From the NCBI RefSeq assembly GCF_964204645.1, contig NW_027437473.1:1-64000 (forward strand): a DNA stretch of 64,000 bases, written 5' to 3'. Below are positions 26,784-40,383 of the stretch, piece by piece (the stretch's first letter is position 1; each line of letters begins with the position of its first letter). The notes beneath the pieces were generated by a model, which was not told the origin of the DNA, did no database searches, and saw only the letters and a program-made list of their open reading frames with translations. This stretch comes from Tubulanus polymorphus (lineage: Eukaryota > Animalia > Nemertea). A program made the position numbers and the translations under genes.

Positions 26784-28410
26784 AGCTATCAGACAGTTCA
26801 CTAGCTGTCAGACAGTTCACTAGCTGTCAGACAGTTCACTAGCTATCAGACAGTTCACTAGCTGTCAGACAGTTCACTAGCTGTCAGACAGTTCACTAGC
26901 TGTCACACAGTTCCCTAGCTGTCAGACAGTTCACTAGCTGTCAGACAGTTCACTAGCTGTCACACAGTTCACTAGCTGTCACACAGTTCACTAGCTATCA
27001 GACAGTTCACTAGCTATCAGACAGTTCACTAGCTGTCAGACAGTTCACTAGCTGTCAGACAGTTCACTAGCTGTCAGACAGTTCACTAGCTATCAGACAG
27101 TTCACTAGCTATCAGACAGTTCACTAGCTGTCAGACAGTTCACTAGCTGTCAGACAGTTCACTAGCTATCAGACAGTTCACTAGCTGTCAGACAGTTCAC
27201 TAGCTGTCAGACAGTTCACTAGCTGTCACACAGTTCCCTAGCTGTCAGACAGTTCACTAGCTGTCAGACAGTTCACTAGCTGTCAGACAGTTCACTAGCT
27301 GTCACACAGTTCACTAGCTATCAGACAGTTCACTAGCTATCAGACAGTTCACTAGCTGTCAGACAGTTCACTAGCTGTCAGACAGTTCACTAGCTGTCAG
27401 ACAGTTCACTAGCTATCAGACAGTTCACTAGCTATCAGACAGTTCACTAGCTGTCAGACAGTTCACTAGCTGTCAGACAGTTCACTAGCTATCAGACAGT
27501 TCACTAGCTATCAGACAGTTCACTAGCTGTCAGACAGTTCACTAGCTGTCAGACAGTTCACTAGCTGTCAGACAGTTCACTAGCTATCAGACAGTTCACT
27601 AGCTATCAGACAGTTCACTAGCTGTCAGACAGTTCACTAGCTGTCAGACAGTTCACTAGCTGTCAGACAGTTCACTAGCTATCAGACAGTTCACTAGCTA
27701 TCACACAGTTTACTAGCTGTCACACAGTTTACTAGCTGTCACACAGTTCACTAGCTGTCAGACAGTTCACTAGCTGTCACACAGTTCACTAGCTATCAGA
27801 CAGTTCACTAGCTGTCAGACAGTTCACTAGCTATCAGACAGTTCACTAGCTATCAGACAGTTCACTAGCTGTCACACAGTTCACTAGCTGTCACACAGTT
27901 CACTAGCTGTCACACAGTTCACTAGCTGTCACACAGTTCCCTAGCTGTCAGACAGTTCACTAGCTGTCAGACAGTTCACTAGCTATCAGACAGTTCACTA
28001 GCTATCAGACAGTTCACTAGCTGTCAGACAGTTCACTAGCTGTCAGACAGTTCACTAGCTGTCACACAGTTCACTAGCTATCAGACAGTTCACTAGCTGT
28101 CACACAGTTCACTAGCTGTCACACAGTTCACTAGCTGTCACACAGTTCACTAGCTGTCACACAGTTCACTAGCTGTCACACAGTTCACTAGCTGTCACAC
28201 AGTTCACTAGCTGTCACACAGTTCACTAGCTATCAGACAGTTCACTAGCTGTCACACAGTTCACTAGCTATCAGACAGTTCACTAGCTGTCACACAGTTC
28301 ACTAGCTATCACACAGTTCACTAGCTGTCACACAGTTCACTAGCTATCACACAGTTCACTAGCTATCACACAGTTCACTAGCTGTCACACAGTTCACTAG
28401 CTATCACACA
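26784..28410. repeat. 19-bp satellite array (about 85 copies)
   Basis: Unit agctRtcaSacagttcact with period 19. Confidence 0.95.
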
Positions 28411-28790
28411 TTGTGAGAGTGTATCTTTATGAAAACACCCCCTCCCCTCCTACCTAAATCACAATCGCGTTCTGTTCACAAAAATGACAAGAATATTTAA
28501 ACAACATACCTCTCAATATGACAAAACTGTAAGATGAATATATACTGTTTCAAAACCGTACACGTCCACAGGACTCACTACTGCTCAATAATAAACCATA
28601 CTAAACAAAAAAACTCCTCTCGATGGCAAAATCATCAACTGGTTGATGATGGCCATAAATTGGTTGAAGTAGAATAAGTCTGAACTGCGCACTTATACCG
28701 ATCGATATAAAACCGCACCCCTGTCACGTGATCTATTTTTGGATATGATCGTCACGTGTCCTGTAAAACCGGTCCTGTAAAATTTACAGT

Positions 28791-28970
<180 letters not shown>

Positions 28971-30179
28971 CGACGTTACAAGAGTCCTCCCGGAACTCCC
29001 ACAGCTTGAGGTGAAACAGCATCACGCCTAGGGTGACCCCCGGGGCCTTATCCGGTGATCCTCTACTGCCGAGGTCCGCATGAACACACCTGCTACACCA
29101 CAATGCAGGGGTACTCGCACATATAAATCAGCCACAAACAACCAAAATCAACCTTAATGACCACGAGGAAAATGAATCGATGTACACTATATTTTTATTA
29201 GAAATACACTAAACGTAATATCGGACTGATCGACTATATAAACTGCTCTCTTCCACTAGCGGCGACTCAGCCCTATCTATGTCGACACTAAATTGTGAGG
29301 CTCCCATCTGCTCAGCGGAGCGTACCGGTGAGAAAGAAGGAAATAACTCTTGACTTTATATACGCGGACTTAATTATCCCGTGACACCGAAACTTTCGCG
29401 AAGCACGCGACTCAAGGTTCGTCATACAAAACGTTACGGGAACATATAATTATTTCACACTATCAAACGAGGTCATCTCGACACATTAACATTGCACGTA
29501 TAAACTTTATTTATCCACTTATTCCTGCATCATAGGGCGTTAAACATTAAACTACGACTAAGGGACACATATTTCCCTTGGAAACATATAGGGGACTTGT
29601 TTTACTATATACACAAATGTACGGACGACTCAACTACGACGCGCCTACATAGATAGAAAATGGCCTGTTGACATCTAAGCGAAAGTCCGGCAATGGCGGC
29701 GGGTCTGTGCTAGTGAAACGGGTTTCGTCTTTGAAGCGAGTTGTTCTCCCGTGTTCGAGTGAGTAGTTATCTCCGGGGGTCGAATGTAAGTGAAACGAGA
29801 AACAGTTGATTGAGTATATCTTATTCTCTTTATTCTTCCGGGGTGTTCCGTCCGATGAGTCTCCGATGAGTTGTGTGTGTTCGCTCTCAATCAGGAGTCA
29901 CGAGTCTCGAGTCTCCCACTTTGCTACTGACCAGCCTATTTATACAGATCCCAGCCCCCTTTGTTCTACTGTGACAGATGGCTTCATTAGTTCCAAAGAG
30001 GGGGCTGTATTTGTTCTGGTAAGTGCCAAAGTTACTAAATTTAGAACAAATCGATAAAATATGAATTTAGGGAGACACGCGCCGTAGTGGCTGTTATTCA
30101 ATAATTGTGGTCAGATGTTGACACGTGGTGACGCGTGCCTCCCAGGGAAGACTGCCTTTGTGTCACTAGGTACGGTTTA

Positions 30180-30720
30180 CCATATAGCCTTTTGCATGTG
30201 ACACATTTTGTGTAATACCTTTTTAACCAACGATCTGAGAGATGGTATCCAAAAACGCCCGCGAATTTGGCTCAGTCACACCTGGGCCACAGTGCAGAAC
30301 TGAAAGATGGGCATTTCTCACAATTAGCGTAGCTAAGTAGGAATCTAAGTAGGATTTCTGCGGGCCGTTGAGACGTCTGCGTTTTGCAGTCGGTCTGCGC
30401 ACCTAAGATAGCCTTGGCCGTCTCTAGATATGCCCAATTGTCTAATTATAGCGAGTCCTTTGGTGGATTTATTGGAGTAAATATGCTCCGTGACATCAGG
30501 GAAGAGCAAGGTTTGAGCATCTTGCACCCACAATTTTTCTGCTTCGAAGATATCGACGGAAGAGACCTCGCATGTAGCCTGGTTGGGACTTGGTTTGAAA
30601 GCTTGTTTCACTATCGCTGTCACGCGTAGAAGTCGCCTATAATCGTTAAACTAGTGTATGTCAATAGCATTGCTGATGCGAGGCTTGGCCTCCGTGATAT
30701 CCGTGTTTGCGAAGTCATTT
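30180..30720 (-). mobile_element. BEL/Pao pol relic (RNase H to integrase region)
   Basis: EAEKLWVQDAQ...QLGISRDGQGYLRCADRLQNA, followed by degraded H..G...QIRGRFWIP...C integrase zinc-finger-like text. Confidence 0.7.
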
Positions 30721-30735
30721 TCAATTTCGCTGCTG

Positions 30736-30938
30736 TGTCTGCGGGTAAGATTCATTATTCATAGACATGAATCTAATTATCGCCGGTGTCTGCGGGTAAG
30801 ATTCATTATTCATAGACATGAATCTAATTATCGCCGGTGTCTGCGGGTAAGATTCATTATTCATAGACATGAATCTAATTATCGCCGGTGTCTGCGGGTA
30901 AGATTCATTATTCATAGACATGAATCTAATTATCGCCG
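30736..30938. repeat. 51-bp tandem repeat (4 copies)
   Basis: tgtctgcgggtaagattc at 30736, 30787, 30838 and onward. Confidence 0.9.
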
Positions 30939-31809
30939 GAGACTCCTCGTCACAGAATTAATCATTCGATTTTACATAGTAAATAATGTGTGAAAACTGT
31001 GACTGACTCCGGACGCGCGGCCTTCCGTTCCGTGTGCAAAACCATACTGAAGCAAATCACCCAAAATATCTGAATGAAAACAGAACATTTACTGTTTGTC
31101 AATGAATCGTGAAAAGGAATTTCATTTAATTTTTTGAAATGACATAAGCCGCAATTACGGGGAGACGATTTGAGACAATTTAGAAATGGAAACTTGTGTA
31201 AGATTAAACCGGGCCGTCCATTTTAGAAACGGAAACTTGGGTAAGATTAGACCGGGCCCAGTCTATAGAAATGGAAACTTGTGGTCCAATCTCCTCACAA
31301 TGAAAAATGCCCAGCTCCAAATAAACACCACACAACAACCTGTATAAACTAGATGAGGCGTCTTTATTTTCAGTAGAATATATTGGGCTTGAGGGGACTG
31401 CCCAAGCCCCAAGCGTACATTATTTTCAGTAGAATATATTGGGCTTGAGGGGACTGCCCAAGCCCTAAGCGTACATTATTTTCAGTAGAATATATTGGGC
31501 TTGAGGGGACTGCCCAAGCCCTAAGCGTACATTATTCTTAGCAGAATATAGGTCGAGACCTTCTCAGTCCCGTACAGTGAATAAACATTGGTTAACAATA
31601 AAATAGACACGAAATACACAATTATATAAACAATTGACTACAGCGAGCAAGATAAAAATAGTGAAACGATTAAAATCAGTAAGAAGAGAACAAAAATTGA
31701 AAAGATACATGAAGTAATAATTAGTCCATATCTCACACTTGACGATATCTTGTGTGAGATCGAATCATCGGGTTTTTCAAATTGATTGAATAAATTCTTG
31801 ATTTATTTA

Positions 31810-34523
31810 CTATATCTGTATTTCTACTCTCAGTCTTTTATTGAGTTTTTTAAGTTCTGATTTGATGTAATCTCTCGTCGTATAGCGGTCGGTGCTCCAG
31901 CAGAGGATATACAGGTCAGAAAGATGCGGAAGATTATTGATTAATTCGACGATTAATTTGACGAATAAATCGATATCGTGCTGTGTATTAATCGGCGCGA
32001 TTGGTGAACGGTGAAACTCTAAATAACGAATTGATGAGACGTGTTTTAGTTGTTTAAAGATACGATTGTTCTGTACCGGTCTATCGGGATAGCTATAAAT
32101 ACGGACTTGTCGCAGCTGATTTACCGCATCTGACGATAGATACCGAACAAGTGCGTCAACATCAGCTTCTGACCGCAACACTATTCCTAATACAGTCAGC
32201 CGCGGCAGGTGATCTAGAACGCGGTGTTTTTGTAAATTAAATCCGTTAATGACAAGACGTTTTAGTTTCGGCATTGAACCGACACTATCACTCATTGCTG
32301 CACATTCATCTGTCGTTAGTCCGAGCCGTCCGAGCTGAATTGTTTCGATGTGTGAAGATTTTATCGTGTTGTTTAAATCATTCCATTCCTCCGAACCGAT
32401 CAAATTCTTATCGAATATTAATCCACTAAGACATAAGGTTTTCAAACTCGGAATGATGTTTATCAGCCCTCTGATTGTATTTCTATCGAGCTGATATTCC
32501 CACAGAGATCTGAGAGATAGATGTTTTATGGATGGATACGATTTGTGAATATTGACTAAAATATAACCTAAACGTTCCGCACTAACACGAGGATCAATAA
32601 ACAGACTCTCCACTGTATTGTGTGTGTTAGTATCAACACTGATCAACCGCGCGTCATCTTCAGTGTTAATCACGTGACTTGTAATAATCCATTCATTATT
32701 GAGTTTCTTGTAACATTCACCAGGGTCTAATCCACCTCGCTCCACAAACCAGTTTATACTGTTGCTCTTCTGACACATAGTCAAGAACTGATCGCGTATT
32801 GATGACCTGTATGTAACTAATATCATACCGTGAAGACTAGTGTTACTCGTTATGGCTGTTTCTAATACGCGGCATTCGTCGGGTTCCAGTTCCTTATAAC
32901 TGTGAATAATGTAAACTAGCTCGATCTGACATTGTTTGTGTTCGAGTATTTTTGCGAGCATGTTTATCCACGATCTGCTATATACAGATACGAACAACAT
33001 TTTCTGCATGTAGGGAACTATTTCACTAATGGCGTCGTCCGGCCAGTCGGCTTCATCCATGCAGATTGACAACTGTTCAGATAAAACAGTTCTTTCGGAT
33101 CGGAGTTCGAAGTAGCGTTCGTAATCGGGAATGAGCGCCATCTCCCTAGTAACCATATCCAAGGAATCGTACGTCATACTATCCGCTATTGTGACTGCTT
33201 TTAAATGTTCATCTATTAAAGTCTTGAAAAGTTCACCGAGGCCGCGGTTATACTTGTAACGATACAGCAGCCCTGACATGAATCTCGGGTATAATTCACC
33301 ATATTTCACAAGTTCGTCCTGTAGTTGTTCAAACGCGCATTTATTCCAGGGTATTTCACCGCTGTTGTTGAATTGCACGACCGAGTGTACCGCCGCCAGA
33401 AATTCGTGCACAGATTTGTGTATGAACCGTAGCTGGACGGAGCGGTCTGATCTCCGTCGCGGCGACACCTCTTTACACGTCAAAGCCGTCCTTTTCGATT
33501 CGTCGAGTTCAAGACGACTTTCGGTGAAGCTGTTTTGATGCTTGATGAGCGTCTCATACGCGACTTGACAAATTTCTTTAAGCGCTTCGGAATTTCCGAT
33601 ATTGCGGAAAAAACATTCCTTCGACAACTCGAGGCCCTCGCGTTTACTGATCAGAAAACATGTCAAATCGATGTAGATATCGGTGAGTTTTGATGGTATC
33701 ATAATTTCTTCCTTGTCCATATACAGAAAACAAAACATATGTAGTATCAGCGGGTTGTAGTAGATACTTTCAAATAAAGGTGACGCTGCGGCTTTAAGCT
33801 TGTCGAATAGCTGTTCTGGATTGGGGAATTTTCTCTTCATAATATCGATGACTTCTTTCTGTTTGAAGCCGGATATCGATACAACAGTGAATTTGGGATC
33901 AGTGACGATCATGCTGCCCCCGGACTCACGTGTTGTTACGACGATATGCGCTTTCGGTAATTTATTGGTCACGTGTACGATGTATTCCTTCGCTTTATCG
34001 CTTTTTAACTCGTCGAAGCCGTCTAGAAAAAATATCGATTTTTCTGCATTTTCCCGTAAGAATCTCTTAAAACCAATCGGCAAATGCTCTTCGATTTCTC
34101 GACTCAAAAGATCTTCGTAAATGTACTTATAAATACACGCGTTATCAGCGGGCAGTTCATTTAACGGTATATAGAATAACATAGGAAATCTTTTCAGAAA
34201 CGGTGATCGCTCCCATGACAACACTTGATTAACTACCTGAGTTGTTTTACCCATACCGGGTTCACCTACGAGGCACACGCGTTTCATAGCACGCTCGTCA
34301 TAAGTGAAAAGCTTCTCGAAATGATCGGGTAAAATCACTGGCTGCTCCTCACTTCCTTCATTTTTCTTCGGGTTTCGTTTTCGGGGTCGAATTTTCGCGT
34401 GTTCTCGGGTGAAGAAGTCGTTGAAATTGACGAATTCATCGCTCCACGAAACCTCTTTGTAATTTTCATCATCGATCATTCGTTTATACGTTTCTTTCAG
34501 GCTCTTCCGAACTTGATCAACAT
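31810..34523 (-). CDS. NLR2 large exon: NACHT plus LRR
   Basis: Same NACHT motifs (GEPGMGKTT, LDGFDE, FIHKSVHEFLAA). Phase-1 acceptor with the exon beginning at 34523. Confidence 0.92.
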
Positions 34524-37500
34524 CTGTAAAAATAAAATCAGTTTGAGATTTTTTAGAATTTCTATGGCGGCTGATATTACCTGAAAATCATAGAATCATA
34601 GAAAATGTCATGAGCTTAAATTTTACAATTAACCGCAGTTACAAAATATGCCTAGGTACCAAGGAACTAATGAGTTATTCTGCTATTCAACGCCCCCTAG
34701 TGACCTTAAACAAAAACCAACGAACCTGAAACTCACCACAATCATACATCATGTCATGAGCTAAAACTTTGCAATTGATTGCGGTGACAAAATATGCACC
34801 AGAAAGAATCTTTCTGTGGGGTCGGGTTAGCAACAAGTTCGATCAGAGACATTCAAGGTCCCATCTACACGAGTGGAAAAATCCTTTATTTTCAATCTAC
34901 ACGAGGAAAACATTTCCAAAATCACCTTTAAAAAAGTCGGCTTTTTCACCTTTTTGAAAATAATACTTAATCTAAAGATAATTTAGCTGATTTTGGTGAG
35001 CTTCACGTGTTACTAAAACGAGGGCGCTATCATCACAGCTCCGCAGTAAATACTGCAAACTACGCCGCGCATCAACTTGCAATTTTCAGCACAGGACAAG
35101 ATGTTTATTAATCTTTCTCATCTTTCTGTGAATTTCAGTTTGAGTCAATCGGATGACAACAATTCATTTCATTTAGTTCTTAACTTTTGAAATGAGGATT
35201 GGAAAACTGTATTAGTCACGTGATACACGATGAACCGGTTTTCTGAACACAAATCTTCGCTGCTTACGCGCATAAGAAGTGCCGGTTTTAAGTCTTAGCG
35301 CAGGTAAACCAAATATACTTTGTTAATTTAGATTTCACCAAGCAAATGTTTCTAGGCCTGGGATATACAATACAATAAGTAGCGGCACACTTCAATGAGT
35401 ATGAATTACTTTTTAGAAAGGCCGATCAGCCATATCGGTGCGCAAAAGTAAAGGGATATCCCGATATGACATCAGGCGGGAAAATAATTATTATTTTACA
35501 GAATTCCTTCGATTTCTTCTTTCAGAAATAAATTCATTCCTTCTTTCAATAAACCCAGGAAAGTGCAACAAATTTCCCTGAACTAATTACAAAGCTACGT
35601 ATCTTGTGTCAAATAACAGAAAAAATGGGAAAATGAAGTCGAACCACTAAAACATCGTGGTCGGCGTTGCTACGCGACCCGACCACAAAAATGAAATCAG
35701 TTTGAGATATTTTATGCCGGGTGTAAGTCGGTTGCGACGCGATAAGTCTTTTTACAGTTGCCAGGCGCTATTTTTGGGTACCCACCGGGTCCGCATTGTT
35801 GAATTCTTGTCCCAATTTTTTCCCCAGTTTAATTTTTCTTATTTCGTTCATATCTCTGGATTGGATTAAGATAGAAATGAGGTAAAAATATCGATGAACT
35901 CAGCTGATAATTAACTTTTCTATGATATCACTCATTTATAAATTTAAAGCAACAATGCGCGCTGGTGAAGTTATAAACATTCATATCCTCTTCCCGATAA
36001 TTCAACTTGAATTTTAGCTCATCTCATTCAAAAGTTCGTAATTCTTACAAATCTTAATCTACATTTTCATTATTCAATTTTGAAGGCAGGGTCTGGACTA
36101 CCGATCCCCAACCCTGAAGTCTGTCCCTGTTTTACTAGAACTGCCTATATATCTTTATTTGCCATTTTTTTCAAATGACTAAGTGCCCTTATTTCCATAG
36201 TTACTGAAAACTTTGATTTCAATAAAGCAGGGACCGGTAAAATTGTGAAATTTCCTGATATAAAGATAGGATCGTACTTGCGATTGTCACGTGGTAACTA
36301 AAATCGGAACCAAACCACGCAAAGATAAAAAGTTTCGAATTTCTGGCCTATTAGGGAAAATTGGGTTTCAACACAGCTATTTAGTAATAGTCATTGACTT
36401 AGAGCTAAAATAACTGGTCTTTATGGTCAAAGCAGCTTGAAAACAAATGAAAGAGATTAAATTCTCGATAAGAAATTCTACGAATCCTTCAAAAAAAATT
36501 ATTTCAAAACGCATCTCACAACTATTGTGGGTTCGAATCCCAGTATTACTGGATCTAATCGCGCATCTCCCAGTCACTAGAGCGCGTAGCCGTAGGTCTA
36601 TTGCGACGATCGCGTCGCAGTAAGTAGAACATGTGCGACTTGCTGCGACTGGCGTCGTTAAAATTTCTATGGTCGCTGATTTGGTCTCCAAATTTCCCGT
36701 CGATTGAGAAAAATTAGCTAAAAGAAAATATTTGTTACAGCTTGTTCGAAAACAGCTTTTATTTGAGCGCTCACTGAAAAAAACTTATAGGTCCTGATAT
36801 CAACGAGTTGATCTAAGCAAATCAACTTTTAAATCAATTCATTGATCGCGTTTACAAAATATGCAGAGTTACCAATATAAATGGAAAATTGTATTCAATT
36901 CAATATTTAATTCTCCTGGTGGGTTGAACAAAAGACCGAAATTCCATGTCCTATGACATTGCTGATAACGACCAAATATCAAGACTAAGTTAAAATCACT
37001 CACCCACTAAGTGAAAATGACATTTTCCCCAAAAACACCTCTTTTCATCTGTGTGCAAGAAATTACGTTAAAATTGAATGATGAAAAAAACCTGTCTGAT
37101 GTGTCAGGAAATCCCCTTTCCAAAAAATACCAATCACAAATTCCAACAGAAAATACCAAACAATTAGGAAGCTACAGGTCTCGGAATTTAGACCAAAAAT
37201 AGGTACAAAAAGGTCTCAGGACGGCCATATTGAGTCCGATCGACCCAATTTTAACTTTTTCTTATGCTGATGTGTGCTGTGGAGATATATACTTATAAAA
37301 GATAAAGGATATTGATTAAAGTCATTCCAATTCCAATATTTGATGAATTTTCATTATAAGTAATCTGTTTATTATTAAGATTGAAATTATGTTATTTTCG
37401 TTTTTCAATTCTCAAGTTAATCAAATCATTGTAACCTTTAGAAAGTATTAAATCATCATTTCTTTCTTTAAAAGGAGTTTCAAGAATATTCATTATTTTT

Positions 37501-38683
37501 TCATCTAAATTACCTTTATAATCTAAAACTGTATTGAATATTTTAGGATTTCTGGAGCCATTATGGAAAGTATCTATTAGTTCAGTAATTAAATATGTTT
37601 CATTTAATAATATTTGATTAATTACAGTAATATTATCAATTTTATTTCGTCTTCCATAAACTAAATTTGTTGCTGAGATATAATTTTCAATGTTTAACAA
37701 TCGAGGAATTCATGCCTGAAATGTGGCTATAAAAACTGATCGTATGTTTACTAGATTTTGAGTAGGTGTCAGTCACAAGTTCTTCCAATAGCAATAAATA
37801 TGTATGAACTGGCTGCCTGTCAGCCATCTTGATTGTGAACAGGGACAATCCGAAATAACTGGATTCCATCTATGGACGAACGGGCAAAAAGTGAAATCAA
37901 CAGCCAACTGGGACTAAAGTCCCAACTGGGCTTAAACAATCGTACGCCACCTGGTGGATAGAATGTCTTGATATAATTTTCTATTATTTTAGTTAAAGAT
38001 TTAGAACGATCTTTAGAGACATGGTCAAAGACTTCGGACCCGTCTTATGATTTAGGATCACATTTGGACTCAAGCACGAGTTCTGATGGTAGAAATCTAT
38101 AATTACCAATTGATATTGTGCAACTCGATACTAACGACTATAGCCGCGATCACGGGGAGACGATTTGACCCGGGCTGCAAAATTGGTACGGATCAGGTCC
38201 GAGTCAAATTGGCCTTAGAGATTGCATTCACACGCAAACCTCTCACTTGATACTAAACAAAACGAAGTGAGTCACTACCGGAACCAGTTGACCCGCACCT
38301 GGTCCGACGTTTTTGGTCAAATTGGGCCCAGGTCCATTTTGAATTATAGGGTTAGGATTGAAACGTGATAGTATCTGATCACGGTAACTTTCACTCTTAT
38401 TTTACTGTTAACAGTATTTATACTGTTAATCTGTTTTTATTCCTACTCGAGACTGATAAACAAACTGTGTCACCAGATGTGATAAGAGACCATAATTCAA
38501 AATACCGATTATAGAACCTGACCCTGACTGTTTTAGTCAAAGATTTAAAACAATCGGGTTGGTGGACAATATATTACTTTCGCCTCAAAACTTTACACCG
38601 GATTTATATACGAGATCACATTTAGACTCAAGTCACATCATTCTGTACTGAACTGAACTCCGATGGTTAAAATCTATAATTAC

Positions 38684-38779
38684 CGAGATTCTCAGCAGGT
38701 CTATCGACGGTTTGCTCCTCGTCATCGCGAACATTTTCTGCATTTATTCCTGGATTACTCTGTGCCAAAGCACCACAAA
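38684..38779 (-). CDS. NLR2 cassette exon 6 (RHIM-less acidic type)
   Basis: 96 nt, AG/GT, phase 1-1; (V)CGALAQSNPGINAENVRDDEEQTVDRPAENL. Confidence 0.7.
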
Positions 38780-39815
38780 CTGAAAAACAGGATTTAGAAT
38801 TCAGTCATTTTATCTCAACAAGTGCAGCACATTTTTCCTGACCTAATTGTTTTGTCCAGTATTTACACAATCAGCCTCTACTCATATTCAGACTGAAGTT
38901 TTCTTTGTTTCCGCTACTGATAAAGGATAATGGAATGTAGGAAAAAAATGGCCGAGGAAAATTTATGAGAACTACTGACAATGTTAATAAAACATTAAGC
39001 CTTCAAATTAATGACATCATATATTTTTCATGGGGCTTAAAACAATTAAAATCGGTATTAATGAGATCAGAAATTTGATTAACTTACATTTCATTTCATT
39101 ACAGGATTGCTACATTGGAGAGTCATTGAATCCTATGTCTGAACTCAACTAACCCATGATGAGTTCACTCCTACATGTAGCAATCCTCCACCTAATATCA
39201 ATTATATCTGATATTGTGCAACTCGATACTAACGACTATAGCCGCGATCGCGGGGAGACGTTTTGACCCGGGCTGCAAAATTGGTACGGATCAGGTCCGA
39301 GTCAAATTGGCCTTAGAGATTGCATTCACACGCAAACCTCTCACTTAATACTAAACAAAGCGAAGTGAGTCACTACCGGAACCAGTTGACCCGCACCTGG
39401 TCCGACGTTTTTGGTCGGGCCAAATTGGGCCCAGGCCCATTTTGAATTATAGGGTTAGGATTGAAACGTGATAGTATCTGATCACGGTAACTTTCACTCT
39501 TATTTTACTGTTAACAGTATTTATACTGTTAATCTGTTTTTATTCCTACTCGAGACTGATAAACAAACTGTGTCACCAGATGTGATAAGAGACCATAATT
39601 CAAAATACCGATTATATAACCAGACCCTGACAGTATTAGTCAAAGATTTAAAACAATCGGGTTGGTGGGTCCATTTTGGTACTCAGAATCTTTAAAGACA
39701 ATATATTACTTTCGCCTCAAAACTTTACACCGGATTTATATGCGAGATCACATTTAGACTCAAGTCACATCATTCTGTACTGAACTGAACTCTGATGGTT
39801 AAAATCTATAATTAC

Positions 39816-39953
39816 CGAGATTCTCAGCAGGTCTGTCGCTGGCTTGAGTAACTGCGTGGATAATTTGATTCACTGTATTATTGTCACCGATTATACTTAA
39901 ATTAGAATTGTCTGCATTTATTCCTGGATTACTCGCCGCCATAGTAACGTTTA
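39816..39953 (-). CDS. NLR2 cassette exon 5 (RHIM-like variant)
   Basis: 138 nt, phase 1-1; (V)NVTMAASNPGINADNSNLSIIGDNNTVNQIIHAVTQASDRPAENL. Confidence 0.72.
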
Positions 39954-40287
39954 CTGAAAAACAGAATTTAGAATTCAGTCATTATATCTCAACAAGTGCA
40001 GCACAGTTTTCCTGAAAGAAATATGCTGGTTGGCCAAATTGTAAATTAGTACATATCACATGCAGAAGACCAGATAACAATGATAAAAGCTTACTATAAT
40101 ACAAGTGTAGCAACCCAATCTCAATAATTACAATAATGAAATGTATGAATTTGTGAGCAGTATTCGCCTGTTAATAATAAGACATAAACTACATGAAACA
40201 CATTCTAGCCACAAATATTACCAGTCTCGCTAGCCATATACTCATTCTGTACTGAACTGAACTTTGATGGTTAAAATCTATAATTAC

Positions 40288-40383
40288 CGAGATTCTCAGC
40301 AGGTCTATCGACGGTTTGCTCCTCGTCATCGCGAACATTTTCTGCATTTATTCCTGGATTACTCTGTGCCATAGTACCCAGTA
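40288..40383 (-). CDS. NLR2 cassette exon 4 (acidic type)
   Basis: 96 nt, phase 1-1; (V)LGTMAQSNPGINAENVRDDEEQTVDRPAENL. Confidence 0.68.

Noticed and set aside
26784-28410. CRISPR-like array (also the 34-, 51- and 56-bp repeats)
   Set aside because: Head-to-tail units without unique spacers, no cas genes, and a eukaryotic context.
28510-28700. Possible NLR1 5' UTR exons and TATA-like site
   Set aside because: Splice-like signals exist, but the implied 17-nt exon and 52-nt intron cannot be supported without transcripts.
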